The position numbers and the translations under genes are program-made. From Escherichia phage vB_EcoS_PTXU06: 45,904 nt of DNA. This document shows positions 9,549-17,218 of the stretch, piece after piece; the stretch's first letter is position 1; every line of letters starts with the position of its first letter. The notes beneath the pieces were generated by a model that worked only from the letters and a program-made list of their open reading frames with translations, was not told the DNA's origin and made no database searches. The stretch lies in sequence record NC_073064.1. One strand, written 5' to 3'.

Positions 9549-9870
9549 ATATGCAGCGATCGTACTGGTTATCGGTCTGGTGGTAGGATTCTGGCTAGGT
9601 GACTCCTATCGCGCTGGCGTAGTGGCGGAGGCGGCACAAGAAGCGCAAGCAGAAGCCCAACGGCAGCAAACTAAAGTTATTGAGCGCTCCGTGCAGGCCG
9701 AACAAGCCCGCGACGTAGAATACCGGACTATCACGAAAGAGGTTGTTAAATATGTTACGCGCCCTAACCGCCCTGATTGTAGTTTTGATGCTGAGCGCGT
9801 GCGGATCAAGCAACGTGCCGTTGATGCCGCTAACGGAGTCGGCACTGCGACCGCCGTGCAAGTTCGATAA
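9541..9870 (+). CDS. i-spanin (Rz-like)
   Basis: GTG start with CCGGGGG RBS 7 nt upstream; N-terminal TM helix (AAIVLVIGLVVGFWLG) then coiled-coil-like AEAAQEAQAEAQRQQ; contains an embedded lipoprotein ORF in another frame. Confidence 0.45.
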   Translation: MIKYAAIVLVIGLVVGFWLGDSYRAGVVAEAAQEAQAEAQRQQTKVIERSVQAEQARDVEYRTITKEVVKYVTRPNRPDCSFDAERVRIKQRAVDAANGVGTATAVQVR

Positions 9871-9982
9871 CCCGTCCGCGGACCCCGACGAAGATTTGAT
9901 GATTGACGTGAAAAATATGGAATGCGGCGCGAAGCTAAGGGCGCAGGTCCTGGAGTTGCAGCAAATGATTAAGGGGCCGTAA
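9752..9982 (+). CDS. o-spanin (Rz1-like outer-membrane lipoprotein)
   Basis: ATG 9752 with GAAAGAGG RBS; signal peptide with lipobox L-S-A-C (MLRALTALIVVLMLSACGSS); proline-rich; starts inside the i-spanin gene in a different frame. Confidence 0.55.
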   Translation: MLRALTALIVVLMLSACGSSNVPLMPLTESALRPPCKFDNPSADPDEDLMIDVKNMECGAKLRAQVLELQQMIKGP

Positions 9983-9995
9983 TGGCCCCCTTTTA
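9973..9995. terminator. rho-independent terminator between convergent genes
   Basis: GGGGCC-GTAAT-GGCCCC hairpin followed by TTTT; located between the plus-strand spanins and a minus-strand gene. Confidence 0.55.
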
Positions 9996-10760
9996 TTAGC
10001 GCGGAATACCGCAGATTTCGTTTAACGTCTTCACGTCCAGCGCCACCGCCGTGGACTTCGGCTTATCCGGGTATGGAATAAACTGTTCAACTTCAGGCCA
10101 CGCCTTGATCAGCTTCTTATCGGTATTGTGCATATCAAGCACGCCGGTAACGGTTAGTTTGAACGCGTCATACTTAGCACGCAACTCACGTCGGGCATTG
10201 TCGTTACGGTCCAGGCGCTTGCAGAAATCATGATCCGCCGGGAAATCCGCACGACAGCGCGGCTTATAGATCGGCAGCGCTTTCCCATCCTCGTCCACTT
10301 CGCACACAGAAGCCAGCATTACTTCTTCGAACCCAGGTACAATATCGCCGAGATCGGGAGATAGCTTATTCATGTATTTATATTCCCAGTATCCGCGATG
10401 TACTCGGTATTGTCGTCCGTCACCGCTCAATGACAGTGTGCGCACATTTCCGCCTGCGTTGATTTCGAAAGTGGCGTCGTAAACGCTGCCGATGCCTTTT
10501 GGGCGGTCAGCGTTATAACTATACGTCGCCTTGTTGGTGTATACGCTTACTCCGTACATCTGCGACGGGTCGTCGCCGATTGCTTTAATGCGCGCGAGTA
10601 GCTCGGCGAAAGTGCGAATGCCTTCCGGCATACAGTCCAGCGTAATGGCGTACGCCAGGTCGCGCGAGTCCATCATGATGGATTTGGCTTCGGTCGCGAT
10701 TTCATGGTCGCGCAGGATGTTAGCCAGGATCAGGTTTTTAATGTCTTTTGTCAGTCTCAT
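9996..10760 (-). CDS. hypothetical protein (minus-strand insert in structural block)
   Basis: 254-aa ORF with GAGGA RBS; opposite strand to all flanking structural genes; no recognisable motif. Confidence 0.6.
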   Translation of the reverse strand: MRLTKDIKNLILANILRDHEIATEAKSIMMDSRDLAYAITLDCMPEGIRTFAELLARIKAIGDDPSQMYGVSVYTNKATYSYNADRPKGIGSVYDATFEINAGGNVRTLSLSGDGRQYRVHRGYWEYKYMNKLSPDLGDIVPGFEEVMLASVCEVDEDGKALPIYKPRCRADFPADHDFCKRLDRNDNARRELRAKYDAFKLTVTGVLDMHNTDKKLIKAWPEVEQFIPYPDKPKSTAVALDVKTLNEICGIPR

Positions 10761-10803
10761 TTTTGTGTCCTCGTTGTTGGGGCTTTCGCCCCGTTTGGTT
10801 TAG

Positions 10804-11211
10804 TTAAAGTGCTTCTAGAATCTCGTAAAACTTATTTGCCAGCGCTTGGCGGCGTTCGAATTTTTCAGTGATAACCAATTCCGGGCGGTTAAATAGCTTT
10901 GCGTGGGTGTTCCAATTGAGGATTTCCGTTTCCATTATTTTCTTCCGGTTGTAGTCGGTGTTTTTGATGCTAAATTCCTTGATAGCGTCATTAAGAAAAT
11001 CAGTCATACACTCAACGTCTGTTCTCTTAACTTCGAACGTACGGGCCTCGATTGGGCTATTTGTGCGAAGTACGACGACTCCGCCGTGGTAGGTGTCGAC
11101 TACCATATACTTATAAGTCACCCCATCCCACTCCGGATCGAAAGGGCGCCCAAATACGTCGTCGGCTTTCCACACTTTCTGGTACGGTGTTTCTTTGATT
11201 AATGTTGGCAT
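10804..11211 (-). CDS. hypothetical protein (minus-strand insert in structural block)
   Basis: 135-aa ORF; region looks AT-richer than its flanks by eye; no recognisable motif. Confidence 0.55.
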   Translation of the reverse strand: MPTLIKETPYQKVWKADDVFGRPFDPEWDGVTYKYMVVDTYHGGVVVLRTNSPIEARTFEVKRTDVECMTDFLNDAIKEFSIKNTDYNRKKIMETEILNWNTHAKLFNRPELVITEKFERRQALANKFYEILEAL

Positions 11212-11284
11212 TTTGTTTTTCCTTCATGTCTCTGTTGGTGTGCAACCAATATATTGCAACCAATACCCGGATTGCAAGCGAATT

Positions 11285-11312
11285 TTGCGATTATTTTTAT
11301 CGCTGATAATAT
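11285..11312 (+). promoter_or_regulatory. candidate promoter for the scaffold/capsid operon (-35 TTGCGA, 16-bp spacer, -10 TAATAT)
   Basis: Read directly; two TGCAACCAAT direct copies lie just upstream (11241-11264). Confidence 0.3.
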
Positions 11313-11367
11313 TAAAGGCGTGAAGTCGAGCGGGAGGCCCGCTCTGCCACAATCCCAGGGGGATAGC

Positions 11368-12072
11368 ATGAAACTTACTAAAGCAGAATATGACGCGTTG
11401 CCGGAAGGTATGAAGGCGCTTTTTGTTGCCGATGGCGACGGGTATAAATCAACGTTCATGACCGCAGAAGAAGTACAGGCGGAAATCAAGGGTCTGAAAG
11501 AAAACAACGCGAAGCTGGTGAGCGAGAAGAAAGCAGAAGCCGAACGCCGCGCCGAAGCTGAGCGCCTTGCGAAAGAGAAAGAGGAAGCCGCCGCGCGCAA
11601 AAATGGCGACCTCGAAGCGATCGACAAGTCCTGGAAAGATAAGTTTGCTAAACACGAAGCAGACACATCGGGAAAAATCGAAGCCTACCGCAAGCAGATC
11701 CACGATCTCACCATCGGCAGCGCTGCCAAAGACCTGGCGTCGAAGCTGTTCGGCAAGAATGCGGGCATCATGCAACGCCACGTAATGGACCGCCTGACGC
11801 TGGAAGACGGCGAAGACGGCAGCTTGAAAGTGCGTGTCTTGCAGGATGGCAAACCGTCCGCGCTGACGATGGAAGAGCTTGAAAAAGAGTTCCGTAATAA
11901 CGCCGATTTTGCATCCGTCCTGGCTGGCACGCCAGCCGGTGGCGCGCCTAGCAAACCGACGCAGGTTGTCGAAGATGTGAAGTCGAAAATCACTATGGGC
12001 CATAGCTTCGGTATCACTGACCTTACGAAACAGGCGGGGGATATCATCGCGAAGATGGGCGACGACGAGTAA
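11368..12072 (+). CDS. putative head scaffolding protein
   Basis: Start at the ATG with AGGGGGA RBS (track start 11254 lies in the intergenic promoter region); charged coiled-coil-like sequence; immediately precedes the major capsid gene. Confidence 0.55.
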   Translation: MKLTKAEYDALPEGMKALFVADGDGYKSTFMTAEEVQAEIKGLKENNAKLVSEKKAEAERRAEAERLAKEKEEAAARKNGDLEAIDKSWKDKFAKHEADTSGKIEAYRKQIHDLTIGSAAKDLASKLFGKNAGIMQRHVMDRLTLEDGEDGSLKVRVLQDGKPSALTMEELEKEFRNNADFASVLAGTPAGGAPSKPTQVVEDVKSKITMGHSFGITDLTKQAGDIIAKMGDDE

Positions 12073-12077
12073 GCAGA

Positions 12078-12101
12078 TTGCCCGCTTTCGCGGGCAATTT
12101 T
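12078..12101 (+). terminator. weak terminator / attenuator
   Basis: TTGCCCGC-TTTC-GCGGGCAA hairpin followed by TTTT, between scaffold and capsid genes. Confidence 0.4.
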
Positions 12102-12169
12102 GCGAGCGCGGAAATCTAAGGTAACATTAACGTCACTGGGCGAATGCTCACAACTCAAAGGATTTCGAT

Positions 12170-13270
12170 ATGTCTTTAACAGTGTTCCAGCGTAAACTCG
12201 TTACCGCGGTTACGCAAATGATCCCCGACAACCTGAACGTTTTCAACGCCGCCGCCAATGGCGCTGTTGTTCTCGGTACTGGTGAAGTGCTGAAGGATGT
12301 TGTTGAGAAAATGTCCGTAGGCTTGATCGCCAACCTCGTTACCGACCGTAACGCCTACGCCCCTGTCGGCACTCCGGCAACCGCGAAAGTGCTGGCTCGT
12401 ATGCTGACCAACTCGGTTAACCTTTCCGCAAAAGTGGGTCCGGTAGCAATCACTAAGGCTATGATGGCTAAGATCGAAACCAACGTTAACAGCGTTGCGG
12501 CTGAGATTGCGGCACAGGCTACTCAAGCGATTATGCTGCACTACCTGAAAGCTGGTATCGGCGCAAGTAAAGCGGCGATCGAAAGCAACGCAGCGGCAAA
12601 ATACACCCAACCGGCGCGCGTTGACGGCGTTGGCGGTCGTACCTTCCCGACCCTGGCAGACTTCCCGCTGGCGGCTTCTAAGTTCGGCGATCAGGCGTCT
12701 TTAATTAAATCCTGGTTTATGGACGGCGTTACCTGGGCAAACTTCATTGCATACCAGGCGCTCCCGTCTGCCGAGCAGGTATTCGCAATCGGCGATCTGC
12801 AGGTAATGGGTGATGGCCTGGGCCGTCGTTTCATTATCTCCGATGCCGCTGCCGATGCTATGGGCACGGGTAACATGCTGGGTCTGGTCCCTGGCGCTGT
12901 TGCGGTTACCACCAACGGCCTTGATATGCTGGCGCAGGAAAAAGGCGGTAACGAGAACATCGAGCGCTGGTGGCAGGGTGAGTTCGACTTCAACGTGGCT
13001 GTTAAAGGCTACCGTCTGAAGGCGTCCGCTCGTACCCCGATCGAAGGTGTGCGCTCGTTCAAACTGAGCGATATCACCACCTCCGCGAACTGGGAACTGG
13101 ACCAGGGCCAGGTAGACAACGCACCGGCAACCGTTCAGGACGTTGGCGCTGTAGGCGATGGTGATACTAAAGGCCGTCGTAAGACACAGGCTGCTCAGGA
13201 AGTGCCGACCCGCAACATCAAGGAAACGGCTGGCGTACTGGTTACGCTGACGGCGACTACCGCGTCTTAA
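12170..13270 (+). CDS. major capsid protein
   Basis: 366 aa after the scaffold gene; followed by a strong terminator; positional and size call. Confidence 0.7.
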   Translation: MSLTVFQRKLVTAVTQMIPDNLNVFNAAANGAVVLGTGEVLKDVVEKMSVGLIANLVTDRNAYAPVGTPATAKVLARMLTNSVNLSAKVGPVAITKAMMAKIETNVNSVAAEIAAQATQAIMLHYLKAGIGASKAAIESNAAAKYTQPARVDGVGGRTFPTLADFPLAASKFGDQASLIKSWFMDGVTWANFIAYQALPSAEQVFAIGDLQVMGDGLGRRFIISDAAADAMGTGNMLGLVPGAVAVTTNGLDMLAQEKGGNENIERWWQGEFDFNVAVKGYRLKASARTPIEGVRSFKLSDITTSANWELDQGQVDNAPATVQDVGAVGDGDTKGRRKTQAAQEVPTRNIKETAGVLVTLTATTAS

Positions 13271-13288
13271 CGGGCGCACATCCCAAAG

Positions 13289-13313
13289 GGGCGGGCTTAT
13301 GCCCGCCTTTTTT
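13289..13313 (+). terminator. rho-independent terminator
   Basis: GGCGGGC-TTAT-GCCCGCC hairpin followed by TTTTTT. Confidence 0.65.
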
Positions 13314-13328
13314 ATAGGAGTGAATACA

Positions 13329-13829
13329 ATGTATGGCGACCCGCAAACCTTTGTCGATTATGCCGCTGCGCGAGGCGTTGAAATTACGCTAGGCGATGCA
13401 ACGCGACACCTTACCATCGTTAACGACTTCCTTAACGGAATCAACTGGGTCGGCGAACAAGCGGACACGACCGGAATCGACGCATGGCCCCGCATCAATT
13501 ACCCATCGGACGGGAAGCCGGTGCGCGACACGCTAACCGAAGTCGTGGCGGTAGTGCCTGCCGGGCAAATCGTAGACTTTGCATCAATCCCCGTTGCCGT
13601 TGAGCAAGCTGTATACCGGCTGGCGCTGTTGGTGGCGGACGAGATCGATATTTCTCCGGTCGGCGATGGTAAAGAGACTATCCGCGAAACGGTCGGCCCG
13701 ATCACGATGGAATATGACCCGGCGTCGATTGGTAGCGGGGTATCGTTCCCGTGGTGGGATGGCTTGTTAGGGCACTGGGTTGATTCTGGCGGCAACGCCG
13801 CAGGCAATTTCGACGTATTCAGGGGGTAA
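13329..13829 (+). CDS. putative head-tail connector / head completion protein
   Basis: Start at ATG 13329 with AGGAG RBS (track start 13299 lies inside the terminator); position between capsid and tail genes. Confidence 0.45.
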   Translation: MYGDPQTFVDYAAARGVEITLGDATRHLTIVNDFLNGINWVGEQADTTGIDAWPRINYPSDGKPVRDTLTEVVAVVPAGQIVDFASIPVAVEQAVYRLALLVADEIDISPVGDGKETIRETVGPITMEYDPASIGSGVSFPWWDGLLGHWVDSGGNAAGNFDVFRG

Positions 13830-13830
13830 T

Positions 13831-13956
13831 ATGAATCCTGCATTACTCGCGGCGATTATCGCCGCCATCACTAAACGGCAACCAGAACAACCAGTACCAC
13901 CGGAGCCAGAACCAGTACCACCGGCACAGGAGAGCGAAGAAGATGGCGGGCTTTAA
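13831..13956 (+). CDS. small hypothetical protein (41 aa)
   Basis: CAGGGGG RBS; N-terminal hydrophobic stretch then PEPxP-rich tail; overlaps the next gene start. Confidence 0.25.
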   Translation: MNPALLAAIIAAITKRQPEQPVPPEPEPVPPAQESEEDGGL

Positions 13957-14296
13957 TTACGCAGGATTAAAGCGGAAAGTGAATCCGCTGATTAAAAAAT
14001 TCGGCATGACCGTTAAGGTTACGCGTCCCGGATCGGTGGACCGCGTAGACGGCGACGAAGTGGTAATCCCGCCAACGTCGTTTGCCGTCATCGGTCTTCG
14101 AGAGGAGTACAAGCCTAGCGAGATCGACGGAACGCGTATCGTTGCTGGTGATGTGAAGTTTTTATGTCGGGCGGTTGAGCAATTGCGGGTGGGCGACCTG
14201 GTTAACCTGAACGGCACTGACTACCGGGTCGTCAACCCTAACCCACTGCAACCGGCTGGCACTATCATGCTGTTTCAACTACAGCTAAGGGGCTGA
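13943..14296 (+). CDS. putative head-tail joining protein
   Basis: 117 aa in the head-tail connector region; positional call. Confidence 0.45.
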   Translation: MAGFNYAGLKRKVNPLIKKFGMTVKVTRPGSVDRVDGDEVVIPPTSFAVIGLREEYKPSEIDGTRIVAGDVKFLCRAVEQLRVGDLVNLNGTDYRVVNPNPLQPAGTIMLFQLQLRG

Positions 14297-14297
14297 C

Positions 14298-14891
14298 GTG
14301 GCTGAAGTCTACTCATTCGCCGCCACTATTGCTACGTGGGTGGATAAGACGAAGGAGAACAACGATAAGGCGGTGCGGGCGTACGGTATGCAAATACTCG
14401 GACGCCTTATTGAGATCTCCCCGGTAGGCGACCCACGCCGGTGGAAGATTAACAAGGCTTACGCGCTTGCACGCGAACACGCGAACAAGGTGAACGCCGC
14501 ACAGCGCCGCAAGAATGGCGGCAAACTGAAGCGCGGGCAGAAGAAGCACGCCAGTGTGCTCATCTCATTCAAAACTAAAAACGGCAACGTCACGTTCCGC
14601 CAGCGTGGCTGGGCTGCGAAGAATTACACCGGCGGACGCTTCCGGGGAAACTGGCAGGTTACGTTCGACCGCCCAGCTGTAGGCGCTATTGACCGCGTGG
14701 ATAAGGCCGGAACGGCAACATTAGCCGCAGGGCGTGAAGTGCTGGCGCATTACGATTCCGGTGAATACGGGTCGATCTGGTTTACTAACAATGTGCCGTA
14801 TGCGCAGCGACTTGAGTATGGCTGGAGTAAACAAGCGCCCGCGGGGATTGTTCGCGTCGTAGCGGCAGAAATTAATTCGAAGGTGAAATAA
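14298..14891 (+). CDS. putative head-tail adaptor / tail completion protein
   Basis: 197 aa, GTG start with AAGGGG RBS; positional call. Confidence 0.45.
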   Translation: MAEVYSFAATIATWVDKTKENNDKAVRAYGMQILGRLIEISPVGDPRRWKINKAYALAREHANKVNAAQRRKNGGKLKRGQKKHASVLISFKTKNGNVTFRQRGWAAKNYTGGRFRGNWQVTFDRPAVGAIDRVDKAGTATLAAGREVLAHYDSGEYGSIWFTNNVPYAQRLEYGWSKQAPAGIVRVVAAEINSKVK

Positions 14892-15313
14892 TGAGCAATA
14901 CACTAATCCGCAAGGCGCTTAACAGCGTAGTTGAAGAATTAGCGGGGAGCCTGAGCACTAATCAGCGTCCGATCCAGGTTAACTGGGAGAACGTGAGCGG
15001 CGACCACGCTAACGGCAATGGTGTTTACCTGGAACCGTATCTGCTTCCGGCGCCGACCCAGTTTGTTGGCTTTCAGCAAAAAGGCCGGATCTATGCAGGC
15101 GTGTATCAGGTCGCTGTTGTGTTCCCCGCAGGCACTGGCACACAGTACGCGAGCGAACTGGCGGACGCCATCGCGACGTCGGATAAGTGGCAGGCGGTGA
15201 AGATTTACGGCGCTTCATTTCAGCTTCAGGACGCGCCATACACCAGTTCCGTGATTGAGGACGTCGATCGTGCTCGCATCGTGGTTACAGTCCCCTACAC
15301 CTGTTGCGCCTGA
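14891..15313 (+). CDS. putative tail terminator / completion protein
   Basis: 140 aa; ATGA-coupled to the upstream gene; immediately before the major tail gene. Confidence 0.45.
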   Translation: MSNTLIRKALNSVVEELAGSLSTNQRPIQVNWENVSGDHANGNGVYLEPYLLPAPTQFVGFQQKGRIYAGVYQVAVVFPAGTGTQYASELADAIATSDKWQAVKIYGASFQLQDAPYTSSVIEDVDRARIVVTVPYTCCA

Positions 15314-15373
15314 TTTGGCGCAATTCTGCGCGTGCTGTATCATTAAACCGTATATCTAAACAGGAGCGTCATT

Positions 15374-16099
15374 ATGGGTTATCAACTTCCTAACGGGTCC
15401 AGCGTGCAGATTGGGTCCGTACTGGGCAGCGGCATCGCTGTTACGGCAGCTACCAACGCCGCCGCATCTATCTCTGATCTTACGCAAGGTTGCGTAATTA
15501 CCTGCGCGGCTTCGCATGGTCTGGTGGTTGGCGACGTTGTTATGTTCACTAAAACCCCGTGGGTCCGAGCGCTTAACCGCGCATTCATCGTGGGTAAAGT
15601 GGACACCAACGACGTGACGCTGGCGCGCTTCGACACCTCGGACGTGACCAAATATCCTACCGGCGCGTTTGGGGTGGGCACTCCGGGCGAAGTGGTGAAG
15701 GTGTCTAACTTTATCGACTTTCCGTTTATCACTAACGTTGCCGTGTCGGGTGGCGACCAGCAGACGACTACCTTCCAGCCGTTGCAGGTGAACACAGCAA
15801 TCAGCCTGAACACCACGAAAAACCCGCTGGTCCAGACTTACACCTTCACCCACGACGAAGAAGACCCGATCCGCCCAATCCTGGAAGACCTGGACGATAC
15901 ACAGAAAACCACTGTGATTAAGTTCACTAACCCAGCGGCAGCAAGCGGCAAAGGTGAAATTCGTATTTACCCGGCGAAGGTATCCTTCCAGAAGATTCCG
16001 TCCGCTGAGGTAAACAACGTGGAAACGGTACAATCTACTCTGACCATGCAGTCAGATATGGTTATCTACCGTAAGGATCTGGTCGAGGCATTGTCTTGA
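15374..16099 (+). CDS. major tail protein
   Basis: 241 aa with strong RBS (ACAGGAG); lies between connector genes and the chaperone/tape-measure pair; followed by a terminator. Confidence 0.65.
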   Translation: MGYQLPNGSSVQIGSVLGSGIAVTAATNAAASISDLTQGCVITCAASHGLVVGDVVMFTKTPWVRALNRAFIVGKVDTNDVTLARFDTSDVTKYPTGAFGVGTPGEVVKVSNFIDFPFITNVAVSGGDQQTTTFQPLQVNTAISLNTTKNPLVQTYTFTHDEEDPIRPILEDLDDTQKTTVIKFTNPAAASGKGEIRIYPAKVSFQKIPSAEVNNVETVQSTLTMQSDMVIYRKDLVEALS

Positions 16100-16129
16100 T
16101 TTGGTCGCTTAAATAGCGAGTGATAATAT

Positions 16130-16152
16130 GGGGCCAGCACGGCCCCTTTTTA
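16130..16152 (+). terminator. rho-independent terminator
   Basis: GGGGCC-AGCAC-GGCCCC hairpin followed by TTTTT. Confidence 0.6.
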
Positions 16153-16167
16153 TTGGAGAATATTACG

Positions 16168-16530
16168 ATGGCTAAAGCACCACTCTTCACACTTGACCCT
16201 AAGCCAACCTTTAAGCTGCCGATTGAGATCCCGCGCCCTGGCGAGAACGAACCGGGCAAGATGACGTTTACCGTCCGCCACCGACCTATCGACGAGTTTT
16301 CGCAAACCATGCAGGACACCGAACGGAAGCTGTCTGAATATGACGACAATGACCCGGACGGCTTTAACGTTATGGTCGAGGCAATCATGCACGTCGCTGA
16401 AGGCTGGAATCTGCCGGACGAATTTAACGCGGAGAACGTCCGTCGCCTGGTGGTCAACTATCCACGCGCGTTCGGTGTGTTCCACACGTCGTACTATCTC
16501 GAACTGATGGGATTGCGTGAAAAAAACTAA
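16168..16530 (+). CDS. tail assembly chaperone (lambda G-like)
   Basis: 120 aa between major tail and tape measure; ends in a slippery heptamer; start at ATG 16168 with GGAG RBS (track start 16120 lies in the terminator). Confidence 0.65.
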   Translation: MAKAPLFTLDPKPTFKLPIEIPRPGENEPGKMTFTVRHRPIDEFSQTMQDTERKLSEYDDNDPDGFNVMVEAIMHVAEGWNLPDEFNAENVRRLVVNYPRAFGVFHTSYYLELMGLREKN

Positions 16531-16844
16531 TTGAGGCGGCGCGGCGCTTTTACGGCCCGCCGCCACCCTCTGAAGATTTAGCCGCGAGTTTATGGGGTGC
16601 GGCCCCCGAAGATGTTTGTCCGCCTGTTGCGCTATGGCCCGACAACGCGAAGATAGTCGCAGTCTTCACAGATTGCGCCACGCAATGGCGCACAGGATTT
16701 GGTGGCGCATACGGCATCGACTACGGCGTGTTGGAGTGGTTATTTAAGATGCACGGTATCGAAAACGAGCAGCGCGCGTTTAAAGATATCAAGCTAATGG
16801 AGCGAATCGCGCTTGATGAAATGGCGCAACAAAACCCCGCATAA
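16168..16844 (+). CDS. tail assembly chaperone frameshift product (G-T-like)
   Basis: The -1 frame is open from 16521 to the stop at 16842-16844 (about 107 codons) and contains W/G/Y-rich T-domain-like sequence; entry by -1 slip at A_AAA_AAC. Confidence 0.5.
16521..16564 (+). other. programmed -1 ribosomal frameshift signal (slippery heptamer plus downstream GC-rich hairpin)
   Basis: A_AAA_AAC at 16521-16527 in the zero frame of the chaperone; 7-nt spacer; GC-rich stem-loop GGCGGCGCGGCG...GGCCCGCCGCC at 16535-16564. Confidence 0.55.
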
Positions 16845-17160
16845 TGAAGCGGGACGTCCCGCTTTGTCCCGCCCTGTAAAACCGCATATCTAATCACTTT
16901 CATTGCATAAACTCAAAGCGGGACAGGCGGGACGTCCCGTTTTGTCCCACCACGCAAATGCGCATACCTATGCAGTTTTATTGCATAAAGTAAGCGGGAC
17001 AGAAAGCGGGACAGACAAGGGGCGGGACAAAGTGGGACAGCACCCCGTCCCCGCCAGTGCTGCCGCGGTTTTCAGCCGATCGGGACAGGCGGGACAAACC
17101 CCAGTCTTTCAGACTAGACGGGGGTCAGCGGTCCCCCTCGTCTGAGACTGAATAAGGTTT
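16845..17160. repeat. iteron cluster A: about 14 GCGGGACA boxes in both orientations plus a long imperfect palindrome
   Basis: Read directly; 374-bp non-coding gap between the chaperone stop and the tape-measure start; homologous to 45606-45790. Confidence 0.8.
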
Positions 17161-17218
17161 GTTTGAAATTCGCTGATACAATGACAGTCGGCAACTGCAT
17201 AAAAAAGGGGACTGCATA

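Noticed and set aside
11199-11666. 155-aa minus-strand ORF overlapping the scaffold gene start region
   Set aside because: Low-complexity Ser/Ala/Phe-rich translation antisense to the scaffold gene and crossing the divergent promoter region.
15356-16033. 225-aa minus-strand ORF overlapping the major tail protein gene
   Set aside because: Antisense shadow ORF; the plus-strand gene has the strong RBS and fits the operon.
16903-17145. 80-aa ORF across iteron cluster A; its translation resembles the 60-aa ORF at 45529-45711
   Set aside because: The similarity comes from the repeated GCGGGACA DNA boxes, which occur in both orientations; there is no RBS and the region is better explained as non-coding repeats.
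16845-17160. Possible CRISPR array, because of the many short direct repeats
   Set aside because: Repeats are 8-9 bp, irregularly spaced and in both orientations, with no uniform spacers; this is an iteron-type arrangement.
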